Shown: piece by piece, positions 12,568 to 23,718 of the stretch | How the letters are laid out: each line of letters begins with the position of its first letter | How positions within the stretch are numbered: position 1 is the first letter of the stretch | Source: Gracilinanus agilis | Lineage: Eukaryota | Assembly (NCBI RefSeq): GCF_016433145.1 | Contig: NC_058133.1 | Coordinates: forward strand, 63,077,420 to 63,141,419 | DNA length: 64,000 nucleotides | Direction of reading: 5' to 3' | Translations under genes and position numbers: made by a program | The notes under the pieces: model-generated | Database searches by the model: none | What the model was told of the DNA's origin: nothing | What the model saw: the letters and a program-made list of their open reading frames with translations, nothing else

Positions 12568-12700
12568 NNNNNNNNNNNNNNNNNNNNNNNNNNNNNNNNN
12601 NNNNNNNNNNNNNNNNNNNNNNNNNNNNNNNNNNNNNNNNNNAGAGAGGAAGGAAGGAAGGAAGGAAGGAAGGAAGGAAGGAAGGAAGGAAGGAAGGAAG
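12513..12700 (+). repeat. Compound (GA)n-gap-(GGAA)n microsatellite inside L1 ORF1; N gap 12568-12642
   Basis: Directly visible. Confidence 0.95.
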
Positions 12701-14532
12701 CCTAGACATTTGTTACAAGGAATTATCAAAGAAAATTTTCCTGATATTCTTGAACAAGAGAGTAAAATAGAAATTAAAAGAATCTGCAGATCAAACTCTA
12801 GAAATAAATCCCCAAATGATAACTCCCAGCAGTATTATAGCTAAATTCAAGAAACCCCACCCCCTGCCAAGGAGAAAATACTGCAAGCAGTCAGAAAGAA
12901 ACAATTCAAATACCATAAAATTACAGTCAAAATTACACAGGACTTAGCAGCATCCACATTAAAGGATGGGAAGCCTTGGAACATGATATTCCAGAGAGCA
13001 AAAAACTAATTTTATAAGCCAGAATCACCTACCTAGCAAATTTAAGTATATTCTTTCAGCAAAAAAAAAAAAAGGTCATTTTATAAAATAAAAGATTTCC
13101 AAGCATTCCTGATGAAAAGACAAGACCTAAACAGAAAATCTGATGTCCAAATACAAGACGCAAGAGAAACAAAAAAGGGTAAATAAGAAAGAGAAAATTT
13201 AAAGAATTCAATAAGGTTAAACTATTTACATTCATCGATGTGGAAAGATGACATTTGAAATTCTTAATTTTTTATCAGTATTAGAGCCATCAAAAGGAGT
13301 ATACATAAACAGAGAGTGTAGGAATAAGCTGGTAGAATGATATGGCATGAAAAAAAAAGTCAAGGGGTAAAAAAGAGGATTGCACTGAGAGAAAAGGAAA
13401 GAGAGAGATGGAATGGGGCAAATTATCCCACTTAAAGAGGCGCAAAAACTATTACAGTGGAGGGGAGGATGAGGAGTGATGACAGGCAATGCTTAAAACT
13501 TACTCTCTTCATAATTAGCTCACAGAGGGAATAACCTCAAAACTCATTAGGGTATAGAATCCCATGTTATCCTATAGAGAAGTGGGAGGGGAAAACAAGA
13601 CAAGCGGATAAGGGGTTAATAGAAAAGAGGGGGAAGTATAAGTGATGATTAAAAGCAAAACACATGTGAGGAAAGGCAGAGTAAAAGAGAAAGTGCAGGA
13701 TCAAAAGGGGGAAAAAATAGAAGGGTATACACAGTTGGTAATCATAACCGTGAATGTGAATGGGATGAATTCACCCATAAAAAAGGAAGTGGGTAGCAGA
13801 GTAAATTAAAAATCAGAATGCTACAACATGTTATTTACAAGAAACACATATGAGGTAGGGAGATATACACAGAGTAAAGAGGATAGAGTAGAATTTATTG
13901 TATATTAGCTAAAGTAAAAAAAGCAGAAGTAGCAATCATGATCTCAGACAAAAGCTAAAGCAATATTAAATCTAATTAAAAGAAATAAGGAAATTATATA
14001 TTGCTAAAAGGTAGTACAGACAATGAAGTAATATCATACTAAACATATATGTACCAAATAGATTAGTCTCCAAATTTTTAAAGGAGAAATTAAATGAGTT
14101 TCAAGAGGAAATAGTAAAACTATACTAGTGACGGACCTCAACTTCTGCTTTTAGATCTAGAGAAATTGAACCAAAAAATTAACATGAAAGAAGTGAATAA
14201 AATTTTAGAAAAGTCAGAATTAACAGATGTCTGGAGAAAACTGAATGTGAATAGAAAGGAATATAACTTCTATTCTGTAGTACATGGCACTACATTAAAA
14301 TTGACCAGTATTGGGGCATAAAAACTTCACAACCAAATACAGAAAAGCAGAAATTATAAATGCATCCTTTGCAGAACATAATGCAATAAAAGTTATAATC
14401 AATAAGGGTTCATGGAAAGACAAATCAAAAATTAATTGGAAACTAAATATCAATCTTAAAAAGGAGAGGATCAAAGAACAAATTATAGAAACAATCAACA
14501 ATTTCATAAAGGAGGATGACCATTAGGATATA

Positions 14533-15208
14533 TGTAAATGGAATTAACTCTAGCCATTCATAGTCAAAAACCCTACTCAACCTAGGCATAGAAATTACAT
14601 CACCCTCACCTTCCTTAGTGGGGAGGGGAGACGAGTTACCCACACGTGACAATAAGTAACAAATCAAGAACAAGGGACTGCCCTTTGGGCAGTCCAAATC
14701 AATGTAGAGACTGCCATTTGTCCACTTGAATTAGAGGTGGACCCACAGGAAGTGACGAAAAACACTATCTCTTTAAGTATGTTAGTTACTTCCTGTTGAG
14801 GCAGTTCCCACTCTGAACTTGGTGCTGAAGGACCTCTCCTGAGACCACAGAAAGCTTACACTCTGTATTGTCTCGTGGGTAAGTTAGGCTGACTTCCTTG
14901 GCCTACCTAGGCCGCTTCTAAACTCTGCCTTAAGTAGGCATTAGCCTATCTGATTGTTAGGCCTTGAGGCTTGCAGCTTCATTTATTTAGCCTTTTAACC
15001 TTCTCTCTAGTCCAGGCATTTGCAGGCCTGGACTAGCCTCTCCCTTTCTCTTTATTCCTATACTTTTACCTTCCTAGTTGTAAATAAGCCTGCCTTAACC
15101 CGATGCTGACTTGGGTCTGATTTAATTACGGAATCAATCAAAACTGTTGATTCCTGGCAGCCACGTTTTAAAAATATGTCTATAAAATACCTAAATTTCC
15201 CTCTTACA
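14533..15208 (+). mobile_element. Solo ERV LTR (676 bp) inserted in L1 ORF2
   Basis: tgtaa...ttaca inverted termini; 6-bp TSD gatata/gataca; L1 ORF2 sequence resumes on both sides. Orientation inferred from internal motifs. Confidence 0.85.
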
Positions 15209-17205
15209 GATACAACATATCAAAATTTATGGGACATAGCAAAAGCAGTACTTAAGTGAAAGTTTATAACTCTAGATACATCAATAAAATAGATAAAAAA
15301 GCAGACCAATGAATTGGACATGCAACTAAAAAAGCTAGAAAAGGGGCAAATTAAAAATTCCCAATTAAAAACCAAATTGGAAATCCTAAAAATCAAAGGA
15401 GCAATTAATAAGATTGAAAGAGAACCAAACAATTAATAAATAAAACTAGGAGTTGGTTTTATGAAAGAAAAAAAAAACAAGTAAAATAGAGCATTGGTTA
15501 ATTTGATTTTAAGAAGGAAAGAAGAAAATCAAATAATTAGTATCAAAAATAAAAAGTGTGAATTCACCAACAATGAAGAGGAAAGTAAAGCAACCATTAG
15601 GAGCTACTTTGCCCACTTATATGCCAATATACCTGGCAATCTAAGTGAAATGGATGAATATTTACAAAAATATAAATTGTCCAGATGAACAAAAGAAATA
15701 GAATACTTAAATAATCGCATCTCAGAAAAAGAAAGTCATCAATAAACTCCCTAAGAAAAAATTCCCAGAGCCAGATGGATTCATAAGTGAATTCTAGCAA
15801 ATATTTAAAGAACAATTGATCCCAATACTATATAAACTACTTGGGGAAAGAGGCAGAGAAGGAAGCCTACAAAATTATTTTTATGACACAAGTATGGCAC
15901 TATTACCTAAGCCAGGAAGAGCAAAAACAGAGAAAGAAAATTATATGCCAATTTCATTAATGAATACAGATGCAAAAATTTTAAATAAAATACTAGGCAA
16001 GGAGATTATAGCAATATATCACAAGGCTCATTTACTATGAACAGGTAGGATTTATAATAGGAATGCAGGGCTGGTTTAATATTAGGAAATCTATCAGCAT
16101 AACTGACCATATCAATAACCAACTAAAAGAAATCACATGATTATCTTACTAGATACTGAAAAAGCCTTTGACAAAATATAATACTCATTCCTATTAAAAA
16201 AACATTAGAAAGTATGGGAATAAATAGGCCATGCCTTAAAATGATAAGTAGTATCTACCTAAAACCATCAGCAAGTATCATCTGCAATGAGGATAAGATA
16301 GAAGCCTTCCAAGTGAGACAAGGAGTGAAGCAGGAACGTCCACTATTATTTAACATTGTACTAGAAACGCTAGGTTTTGCAATAAGAGAAGAAAAAGAAA
16401 TTGAAGGAATTAAATTAGGCAATGAGAAAACTAAACTATCACTCTTTTGCAGATGCTATGATGCTATACTTAGAAAATCCTAGAGAATCTACTAAAAAAA
16501 ACTTATTGAAATCATTAATAATTTTAGAAAAACTGCAGAATACAAAATAAACTCACATAAATCATCAACATTTCTATATATTGTCAACAAAGTCCAGTAG
16601 CAAAAGAAAAAGAAATTCCATTTAAAATAGCTGTAGACAATATAAAATATCTGAAAATATACTTGCCAAGACAAACACAGATATTATACAAACAGAATTG
16701 CAAAACATTTTTCACATAAGTTAAGTCACATCTAAACAACTAGGAAAATATTAATTGTAATTGGTAGGCTGAGTTATATTATAAAAATGACAATTCTACC
16801 TAAATTAATTTACTTATTCAGTGCCATACCAATCAAACTACCTAATAATTATGTTGTAGAACTAGAAAAAATAATTTTAAAATTCACCTGGAACAAAAAG
16901 TCAAAAATATCAAGGGAATTAATGAAAAAAAATGTGAAGGAAGGTGGCCTAACAGTACCAGATTTCAAAGTGTACAATAAAAAAGCAGCAATCATCAAAC
17001 AGTCTGGTACTGGCTAAGAAATAGAAGAGTAGATCAAATTAACTTATTAGATTCACAATATATAGGGGTAAATGACTTTAGCAAGCTAGTGTTGGATAAA
17101 CCAAAAAATCCCAGCTTTTAGGATAAGAACTCACCATTTAACAAAAACTGCTGGGAAAACTGGAAAACAGTAAGGCAGAAACTAGGTATAAACCACATCC
17201 TATGT

Positions 17206-17452
17206 CCATGGTGGTGAACCTATGGCACACATGCGTTGCCCCAGCACAGAATTCACTAGAGTTCTTTACTAGAAAGCCAGAGGGACATAGATTAGGCTGC
17301 TCCCTTCCCCCTCTCCACTGTGTCCCACCCCTCTGCCCAGCAGCCAATGGGAGCACTTCCTTCCTCCCCTGTCTAGGGTAAGGTGGCAGACTCACATGCA
17401 TCATGAGGGTTGCAGTTTGGGCACTCAAACTCTAAAAGTTTCACCATCACTT
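17206..17452 (+). mobile_element. hAT non-autonomous element (hAT1-like MITE) inserted in L1 ORF2
   Basis: Imperfect TIRs ccatggtggtgaacct / agtttcaccatcactt, resembling CAGTGATGGCGAACCT; degenerate 8-bp TSD tcctatgt/gtctatat. Confidence 0.75.
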
Positions 17453-18966
17453 GTCTATATGATTGATACCATAAGTAAATTAGGGAAACATTGAATAGTT
17501 CACTTGGCAGATCTATGGAGAAGGGAGGAATTTATGACCAGACAAGAGACAGAGAGTATTATAAGATGCAAAATGAATAATTTTATTATATTAAATTTAA
17601 AAGCTATTATACAAACAAAACCAATGTAACCAAGATAAGAAGGAAAACAACAATCTGGGGAAAATTTTCATAACAAACGTTTCTGATAAAGGTCTAATTT
17701 CTCAAATTTATAGTGAACTAAGTCAAATTTATAAGAATACAAATCATTCCCCAGTTGACAAATGGTCAAAGGATAGGAACAAGCAATTTTCAGATGAAGA
17801 ATTCAAAGTTATTGATAATGATATAATAAATGTTCTAAATCCCTCTTGATTAGAGAAATGCAAATTAAAACAATTCTGAGGAACCACCTCACACTTATCA
17901 GATTGGCCAATATGACGGACAGTACAGGAAAGTGGTAAATGAGGGGATATTGTTGCTGGAGATGTGAATTGATCTAACCATTCTGGGAGGCAATTTAGAA
18001 CTGTGCTCAAAGGGCCATAAAATTGAGCATACCCTTTGATCCTGTAATACCACTACTGGTTCTATATACCAAATAAATCAAAGAAAACAGGAAAGCAGTT
18101 CTTTTTGTAGTGGCAAAGAATTGGAAACTAAGGAGATGTACATCAATTGAGGAATGGCTCAATAAATTATGGTATATGTTGCTGAGGGAATACCACAAAA
18201 ATTGATGAGTGGAATGACTTCAGAAAAAGCTAAAAAAGATATGCATGAACTGATGCTGAGCTAAATAAGCAAAACTTGGAGAACACAGTACACAGTAACT
18301 GTTATACTGTATGATGATCTACTCTAAAAAACTTATCTACTCTCAGCAATACAATGATCCAGGCAAATTCTGAAGGACACATTATGGGAATGCTATCTAC
18401 CTTCAGAGAAAGAACTGCTGGAGCCCGATGCAGACCAAAGTGTACTATCTTCCACATTCATTTATGAACAATTTTATTTTGGGAATTTGGGTTTTCTATG
18501 AGTATTCCCTTAACAACAATGACCAATATGGAAGCTTGTCTTGCATGATAATATATATATAATCCAGATCAAATTACTTACTATTTGAGGGTGGGAGAGA
18601 AGGGAAGGAGGAAGACAATTTGGATCTTATAATTTTAATTATAATTTATAATTATAATTTTGAAAAAATGTGGAAAATTATTATTGCATGTAATTCAGAA
18701 AATAAAATATCTCTGAATAAAGAAATCTACTTAAAAAACTATAAAACCTATTTAAAAACCCTTCAAACTCCTGCCACTCAAGCCCTCTTTCCTCTATGGG
18801 GTTCATGCTACCTGTGGTCCCTACTCCAATCAAGGGTGACGTGAGTGATATTCTATGCCCCTTCCCCCTCCCTTATCTGCTTCTCCATTCTGCTTCACTT
18901 CACCATCTCATCCTTTCATCCATTGTCTGCCTCTGTCCCCTGTGCCTTATTAAAATGTGATTGATG

Positions 18967-19150
18967 GGGCAGCTGGGTAGCTCAGTAGAGTGAGAGTCAG
19001 GCCTAGAGACAGGAGGTCCTAGGTTCAAACCCGGCCTCAGCCACTTCCCAGCTGTGTGACCCTGGGCAAGTCACTTGACCCCCATTGCCCACCCTTATCA
19101 ATCTTCCACCTATGAGACAATACACCGAAGTACAAGGGTTAAAAAAAAAA
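18967..19150 (+). mobile_element. Young tRNA-derived SINE (SINE1_MD-like)
   Basis: gggcagctgggtagctcagt head, A-tail, perfect 15-bp TSD aaaatgtgattgatg (18952-18966 / 19147-19161). Confidence 0.92.
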
Positions 19151-19751
19151 TGTGATTGATGCCCTATTTCCCACTGACAATTGGGATCTTTCCTAGTGAG
19201 TCCTCAAAGAACTAGGTGTGCCTGCCCTATTTCATAGTTTCATAAATTAGTTATCAATTCATTCTCTCCTACAATAGAGATCATGAACCGTCCACAGCTG
19301 CCTTTGTGCTCCATCTTTTGTCTATTTCTTAACACAAATTCGGCACAGGGGTTTGTTTCCCCTACCACCACCACCATGGGGATACTATTGGAACATAGAA
19401 GCAATCCATCAATTATCCCTTCTTATCATTAACCCATCTTTTTCGATCTTAAAAATGTTTATAACACTGTTGTTCAGTTGTTTTTCAGTCACACCTGATT
19501 TTTTGTGTCTCAACGTGGCATTTTCTTAGCAAAGATACTGGAATGGTTTGTCTCCAGCCCATTTTACAGTTGATAAAACTGAGGCAAAGTTACTTGTTTG
19601 GGCTTCTGATCATTTAATATCCATTCGTCCAATTGTCCTTAATGGTTCTTTCTGATTCAGACCACTCATCCCTCTTGTGGACTTCTCCATTGCCCTTTAA
19701 GTGATACCATTTTCCTTATTTTGGTCAAGTATCTCTCCCACCTTCTGCTCC

Positions 19752-19790
<39 letters not shown>
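19752..19790. repeat. (CAT)n microsatellite; others: (CT)n ~23070-23096, (CA)n ~26258-26283, (ATG)n/(GTG)n ~37681-37726
   Basis: Directly visible. Confidence 0.95.
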
Positions 19791-20371
19791 AATACTCACA
19801 ATAAATATATGTAATCCAACAAAACAAATTCTTACATTAGCCATATCCAAATAAGAATGCCTTGTCTCCCCTTGCCAGAGGTCAGTGGCATGATGCATCT
19901 TCAATGCTCTGGATTCATGATTTATCAGAGTTCTAGAGTATGCCACTGAATCCTAACTTCTGCTTCCTTTATTTTGCATCAGACCACAGAAATATTCTCA
20001 GTTTTCTCTACACTGTCCATTCACATACCACAAATTATCATTCCCCAATAGGTGGGTACCCCCAAATTCCATGTGGAATGTGGTTTCAAATGGCTTTACA
20101 GAACTACTAGACCAATTACAGCTCCAATAATATGGCTTTTCCCACAGCGCCCCCAACATTTGTCATCTTTGCTAATCTGATGCATATGGGGTAGACCTTA
20201 GTTAAATATTTTTCAAATCAACTTTTTAATTACTTTTCAGCTACATAACAGAAACAATACATTATTGTTCATTAAAAAGTTGATGTGAACTAAAATCACA
20301 CGTCTTCAACAACCTCTAGGATATCTTAAACTCTACAAGTCCACAATAGAGAGGAAGCTGGGTCTCCTTCC

Positions 20372-21014
20372 CTGCCAGCAGAAGGTGCTAACTGGTAGCA
20401 ATAAAAAGAAATACCAAAGACAAACCACAGAATCTCAAGAATATAGAAGGGTCTCAGAGGCCATTGGGCTCAACCTATGTGTGAAAAGGAATCCCCTCTT
20501 CAACATGTCCAACAATTGGCCATCCAGCCTTTGCTTGAAGATCTCTAAGGAGAGGGAATCTATTTTAACCTGAAGCAGCCTACAAAATTCCATTACTGGA
20601 AGATGTGAGTTTAAGTCCAGGCTCAAACACTGACTCTGATCCTGTACAGGTCATTTAACCTCTGTCGGCTTCAATTTCCTTAAACCATAGTCTAATTAAA
20701 CTCGAAACTAGAAAGTGAAAAGTTCAGTGCTAACATTCAAAAGACAAAAAGGATAGAAAAGGGAGATGAAGGCTAGACATGGGGAAAGACAAGGGAAATT
20801 AAAGGTTTCAATAATCTACAGAGTAGGTAAGTAACAAATACCTGAATAATAGTTTATTTTCAAAAAATTTCATGTTAACTAAACATTAGAGAATAATAAA
20901 CATGCTTTTAGGATGCCTGCAGTCACTGAATGGGCTAGAAAAGCAATGAGAGAAAAAGAGAGTTGACTGTGTCTACTACATCTCTGCCAGCAGAGGGTGC
21001 TAACTGGTAGCAAT
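20372..21014 (+). repeat. Direct repeat of a 31-bp CTCF-like element (20372-20402 and 20984-21014)
   Basis: ctgccagcaga(a/g)ggtgctaactggtagcaat, 30/31 identical, 612 bp apart. Confidence 0.85.
20420..20600 (-). mobile_element. CR1/L3 3' fragment
   Basis: Minus translation SLSLEIFKQRLDGQLLDML resembles the CR1 ORF2 end (SLEVFKQRLD); similar pieces ~29370-29660 and 55150-55460. Confidence 0.65.
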
Positions 21015-21029
21015 TATATATTTTTTAAT

Positions 21030-21720
21030 TTTTGTTTTGAATATTTTCCCATTGTTACATGTTTCATGTTCTTTCCCTCTCCCCCAAGCTCCCCTAATCC
21101 CCCCTTAGCCGACTCACAATTGCACTGGGTTTTACATGTATCACTGAATAAGACCTAATTACATATTATTGATAGTTGTACTAGAGTTATCATTTAGTAT
21201 CTTCATCCCCAATAATATCCACATTAGCCCATGTGTTCAAGCAGTTGTTTTTCCTCTGTGTTTCTCCTCCCACAGTTCTTCCTCTGAATGTGGCTAGTTT
21301 TTTCTCATAAGTCCCTCAGCCTTGCTCTGGATTCTTGCATTGCTGCTAGTAGAGAAGTCCGTTATGTTGGATTGTACCACAATGTATCAGCCTCTGTGTA
21401 TAAAGTTCTCCTGGTTCTGTTCATTTCACTCTGCATCAATTCCTGGAGGTCATTCCAGTTCACATGGAATTCCTCCAGTTCTTTATTCCTTTGAGCAAAA
21501 TAGTATTCCATCACCAACAGATACCACAATTTGTTCAGCCATTCCCCAATCAAAGGACATTCTCTCATTTTCCAATTTTTTGCAACCACAAAGAGCATGG
21601 CTATAAATATTTTTGTACAAGTCTTTTTCCTTATTATCTCTCTGGGGTATAATCCAAGCAGTGCTATGGCTGAATCAAAAGGCAGATAGTCTTTTAAAGG
21701 TCTTTGGGAATAGTTCCAAA
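21030..21720 (-). mobile_element. 5'-truncated L1 3' end with TSD
   Basis: Minus ORF MLFVVAKNWKMRECPLIGEWLNKLWY (ORF2 C-terminus); flanking agcaattata...ttttaatttt repeats at 21009 and 21721. Confidence 0.88.
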
Positions 21721-21807
21721 AGCAATTATATTTTTAATTTTTACAGTTTGATAAAGTTTTCTTGTGAAAAGAAAATCAGGAGATATATGATTCAAAAATC
21801 ACTTACT

Positions 21808-22010
21808 GGGGGCAGCTGGGTGGCATCAGTGGATTGAGAGCCAGGCCTAGAGAAGAGAGGTCTCCTGGGTTCAAATCTGGCCTCAGATACTTCCTAGCTG
21901 TATGACTCTAGTAAAGTCACTTAACCCCACTACCTAGCCTTTACTGCTCTTCTGCCTTGGAACCAATACACAGTATTGATTCTAGGATGGAAGGTAAGGG
22001 TTTAAAAAAA
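21808..22010 (+). mobile_element. SINE1_MD-like SINE (long-tail subfamily)
   Basis: gggggcagctgggtggc head; ttggaaccaatacacagtattgattc...gtaagggttt tail. Confidence 0.88.
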
Positions 22011-22789
22011 TTTTTTTTAATTAAAAAAATTTTTTAAACAATTAGTATGTGCAGACACTGTGCTAAACATAATGAATACAAATATAAAAATGCAATAGTC
22101 CTGAACAGGACCTAAGATAACCATTGCCTCCAACAACACTGTGCTCTAAACTTCTTGCCCAAATGAGTATCCAGACAGGAATTCTCCTCTGCTCTGGGAA
22201 GCTTGATCAAACACTCAGTAATTCTCTATGATATAACTCCGAGCTCCCAAACAGAAACATGCTTCTAGCAAAACAACTTGACATTAAATGTTTCTCTTTT
22301 TGGGGGATGTTTTTCATTCCTTTTCCCTTGTTTCCAAAAAGAACAGATCAACTAGCAAAAGCTTGTGTTCAATACTGCTTAGAAATACAAAATTGTTAAG
22401 TCTATTTAGACTTCCCTATTTCCAGAAAGAAAACCTTGAGACTACCTCTAGAAGCCCAAAGGGGGAAAGGAAATACAAGATTAGGACCGTGAGTGGAATC
22501 GGAGTGAAATTACACGCCTTGTCTTCCCTTATTCCTTGTGCCTGATCTGCCCAAGAAGCCTGGCTCCGAGGGGCATGACCTATCTTGAGGGTGGTAGTGG
22601 CCTCTTGTCTGCCCCACACCAGTTCTCATAGCTTCCCCTTCTCTAGCTACATGCATTAGGTCAGGATGAGTCTCTGTCGTGGAATCACTGATTTTAATAT
22701 TAAGCATAGTCTATCATTCTTTATCCTATTGAGCTATTTCTTTTCTGAATCATGCAAGGTACTTATTTATACCTCATAAAGCAATCACC

Positions 22790-23069
22790 TGGAACAGCTG
22801 TTTTAATAGTTTTAACATCTCTTGATTGTATCCTTTTTCCTCTGATTATGTCTAAGAAAGATCAACTCCTTTACATATGCGTCTATTATAAGGATGATAT
22901 TAGAAATTAAGTCTTGTTATATTAGTTTAGAGATAAGAAGTAGAGAAACTGGCTTGAGAAAGAATTGGAGTTTAAAAAGATCTGAGACAGAATGTTTCAA
23001 ATGTTGACAGCTTAATGGTTTTTCTGTGACAGTCTCTGGGTGTGGCAGTTACTCTGAGGGGGAGAAGTT

Positions 23070-23100
<31 letters not shown>

Positions 23101-23718
23101 GCTGAGAGGAAGTAACATCTTCTTTTCTCTGTCTTGTCTGAGGTAGAAGGAAAGGAGGTAAAAACCTAAAGAAGCTAAGTGATTTTCCTTTTCCAACTTC
23201 GGAAACACTAGTGACTGTCTATTCCTGTTTCATGAATTGTTTTTATATCTGAGAAGACCAAAGAAAGACTTGGTCTTTGGTTTGGACTCTAAGTCTGCTA
23301 AGGCTCAGAGTCCTAATTTGGTTCTTACTTAGGCTCAGCCAGCTGGTCTTTGTTATATTTATAACTTCTTATAAGGATAATAGTATTAGTTTTATTGTAG
23401 AATAGGGAAAATTTGGGTTAGTCAGATCAGGAAGGATCAGTGTAGCCTATGGAAACAGGAGATGTGGTTCCTTGTGGAACCAGGGAGTTTTATTTGGGTG
23501 GAGTTAGAATCCCTTAGAGTTAGAAAATTTTTTTTATCCTTATATTCTCAATAAACAGTTTATTTTTATATAACAAGAGTCTCCTTAGCATCCTTGCGCC
23601 TGGCCCTGAAGAGAAGTTCACTTATGAGCTTTACTTCAATTATATAAACTGAAGATACTTTGTAAGCACAACAAGCAGAGTATATAATCAGTTTATACCA
23701 ATAATCAATTAATTTACA
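22790..23718 (+). mobile_element. Probable solo LTR (left boundary uncertain)
   Basis: LTR-like organisation with a (CT)n tract, AATAAA ~23550 and an ...aatttaca end; no TSD identified. Confidence 0.45.

Larger units (their letters stand above)
10860..18730 (+). mobile_element. Near full-length degraded L1 (5'UTR, ORF1 ~12050-13220, ORF2 from ~13740), antisense to NME7
   Basis: ORF1-like KELKKDFKNQLRE; endonuclease start IITVNVNGMNSPIK at 13741; RT motif mutated to FADA at 16446; C-terminal EEWLNKLWY-like segment; many stops and frameshifts; nested insertions. Confidence 0.92.

Noticed and set aside
18967-19040. tRNA-like A/B boxes
   Set aside because: These are tRNA-derived SINE heads followed by SINE body and A-tail, not tRNA genes; no rRNA, snRNA or CRISPR array seen.
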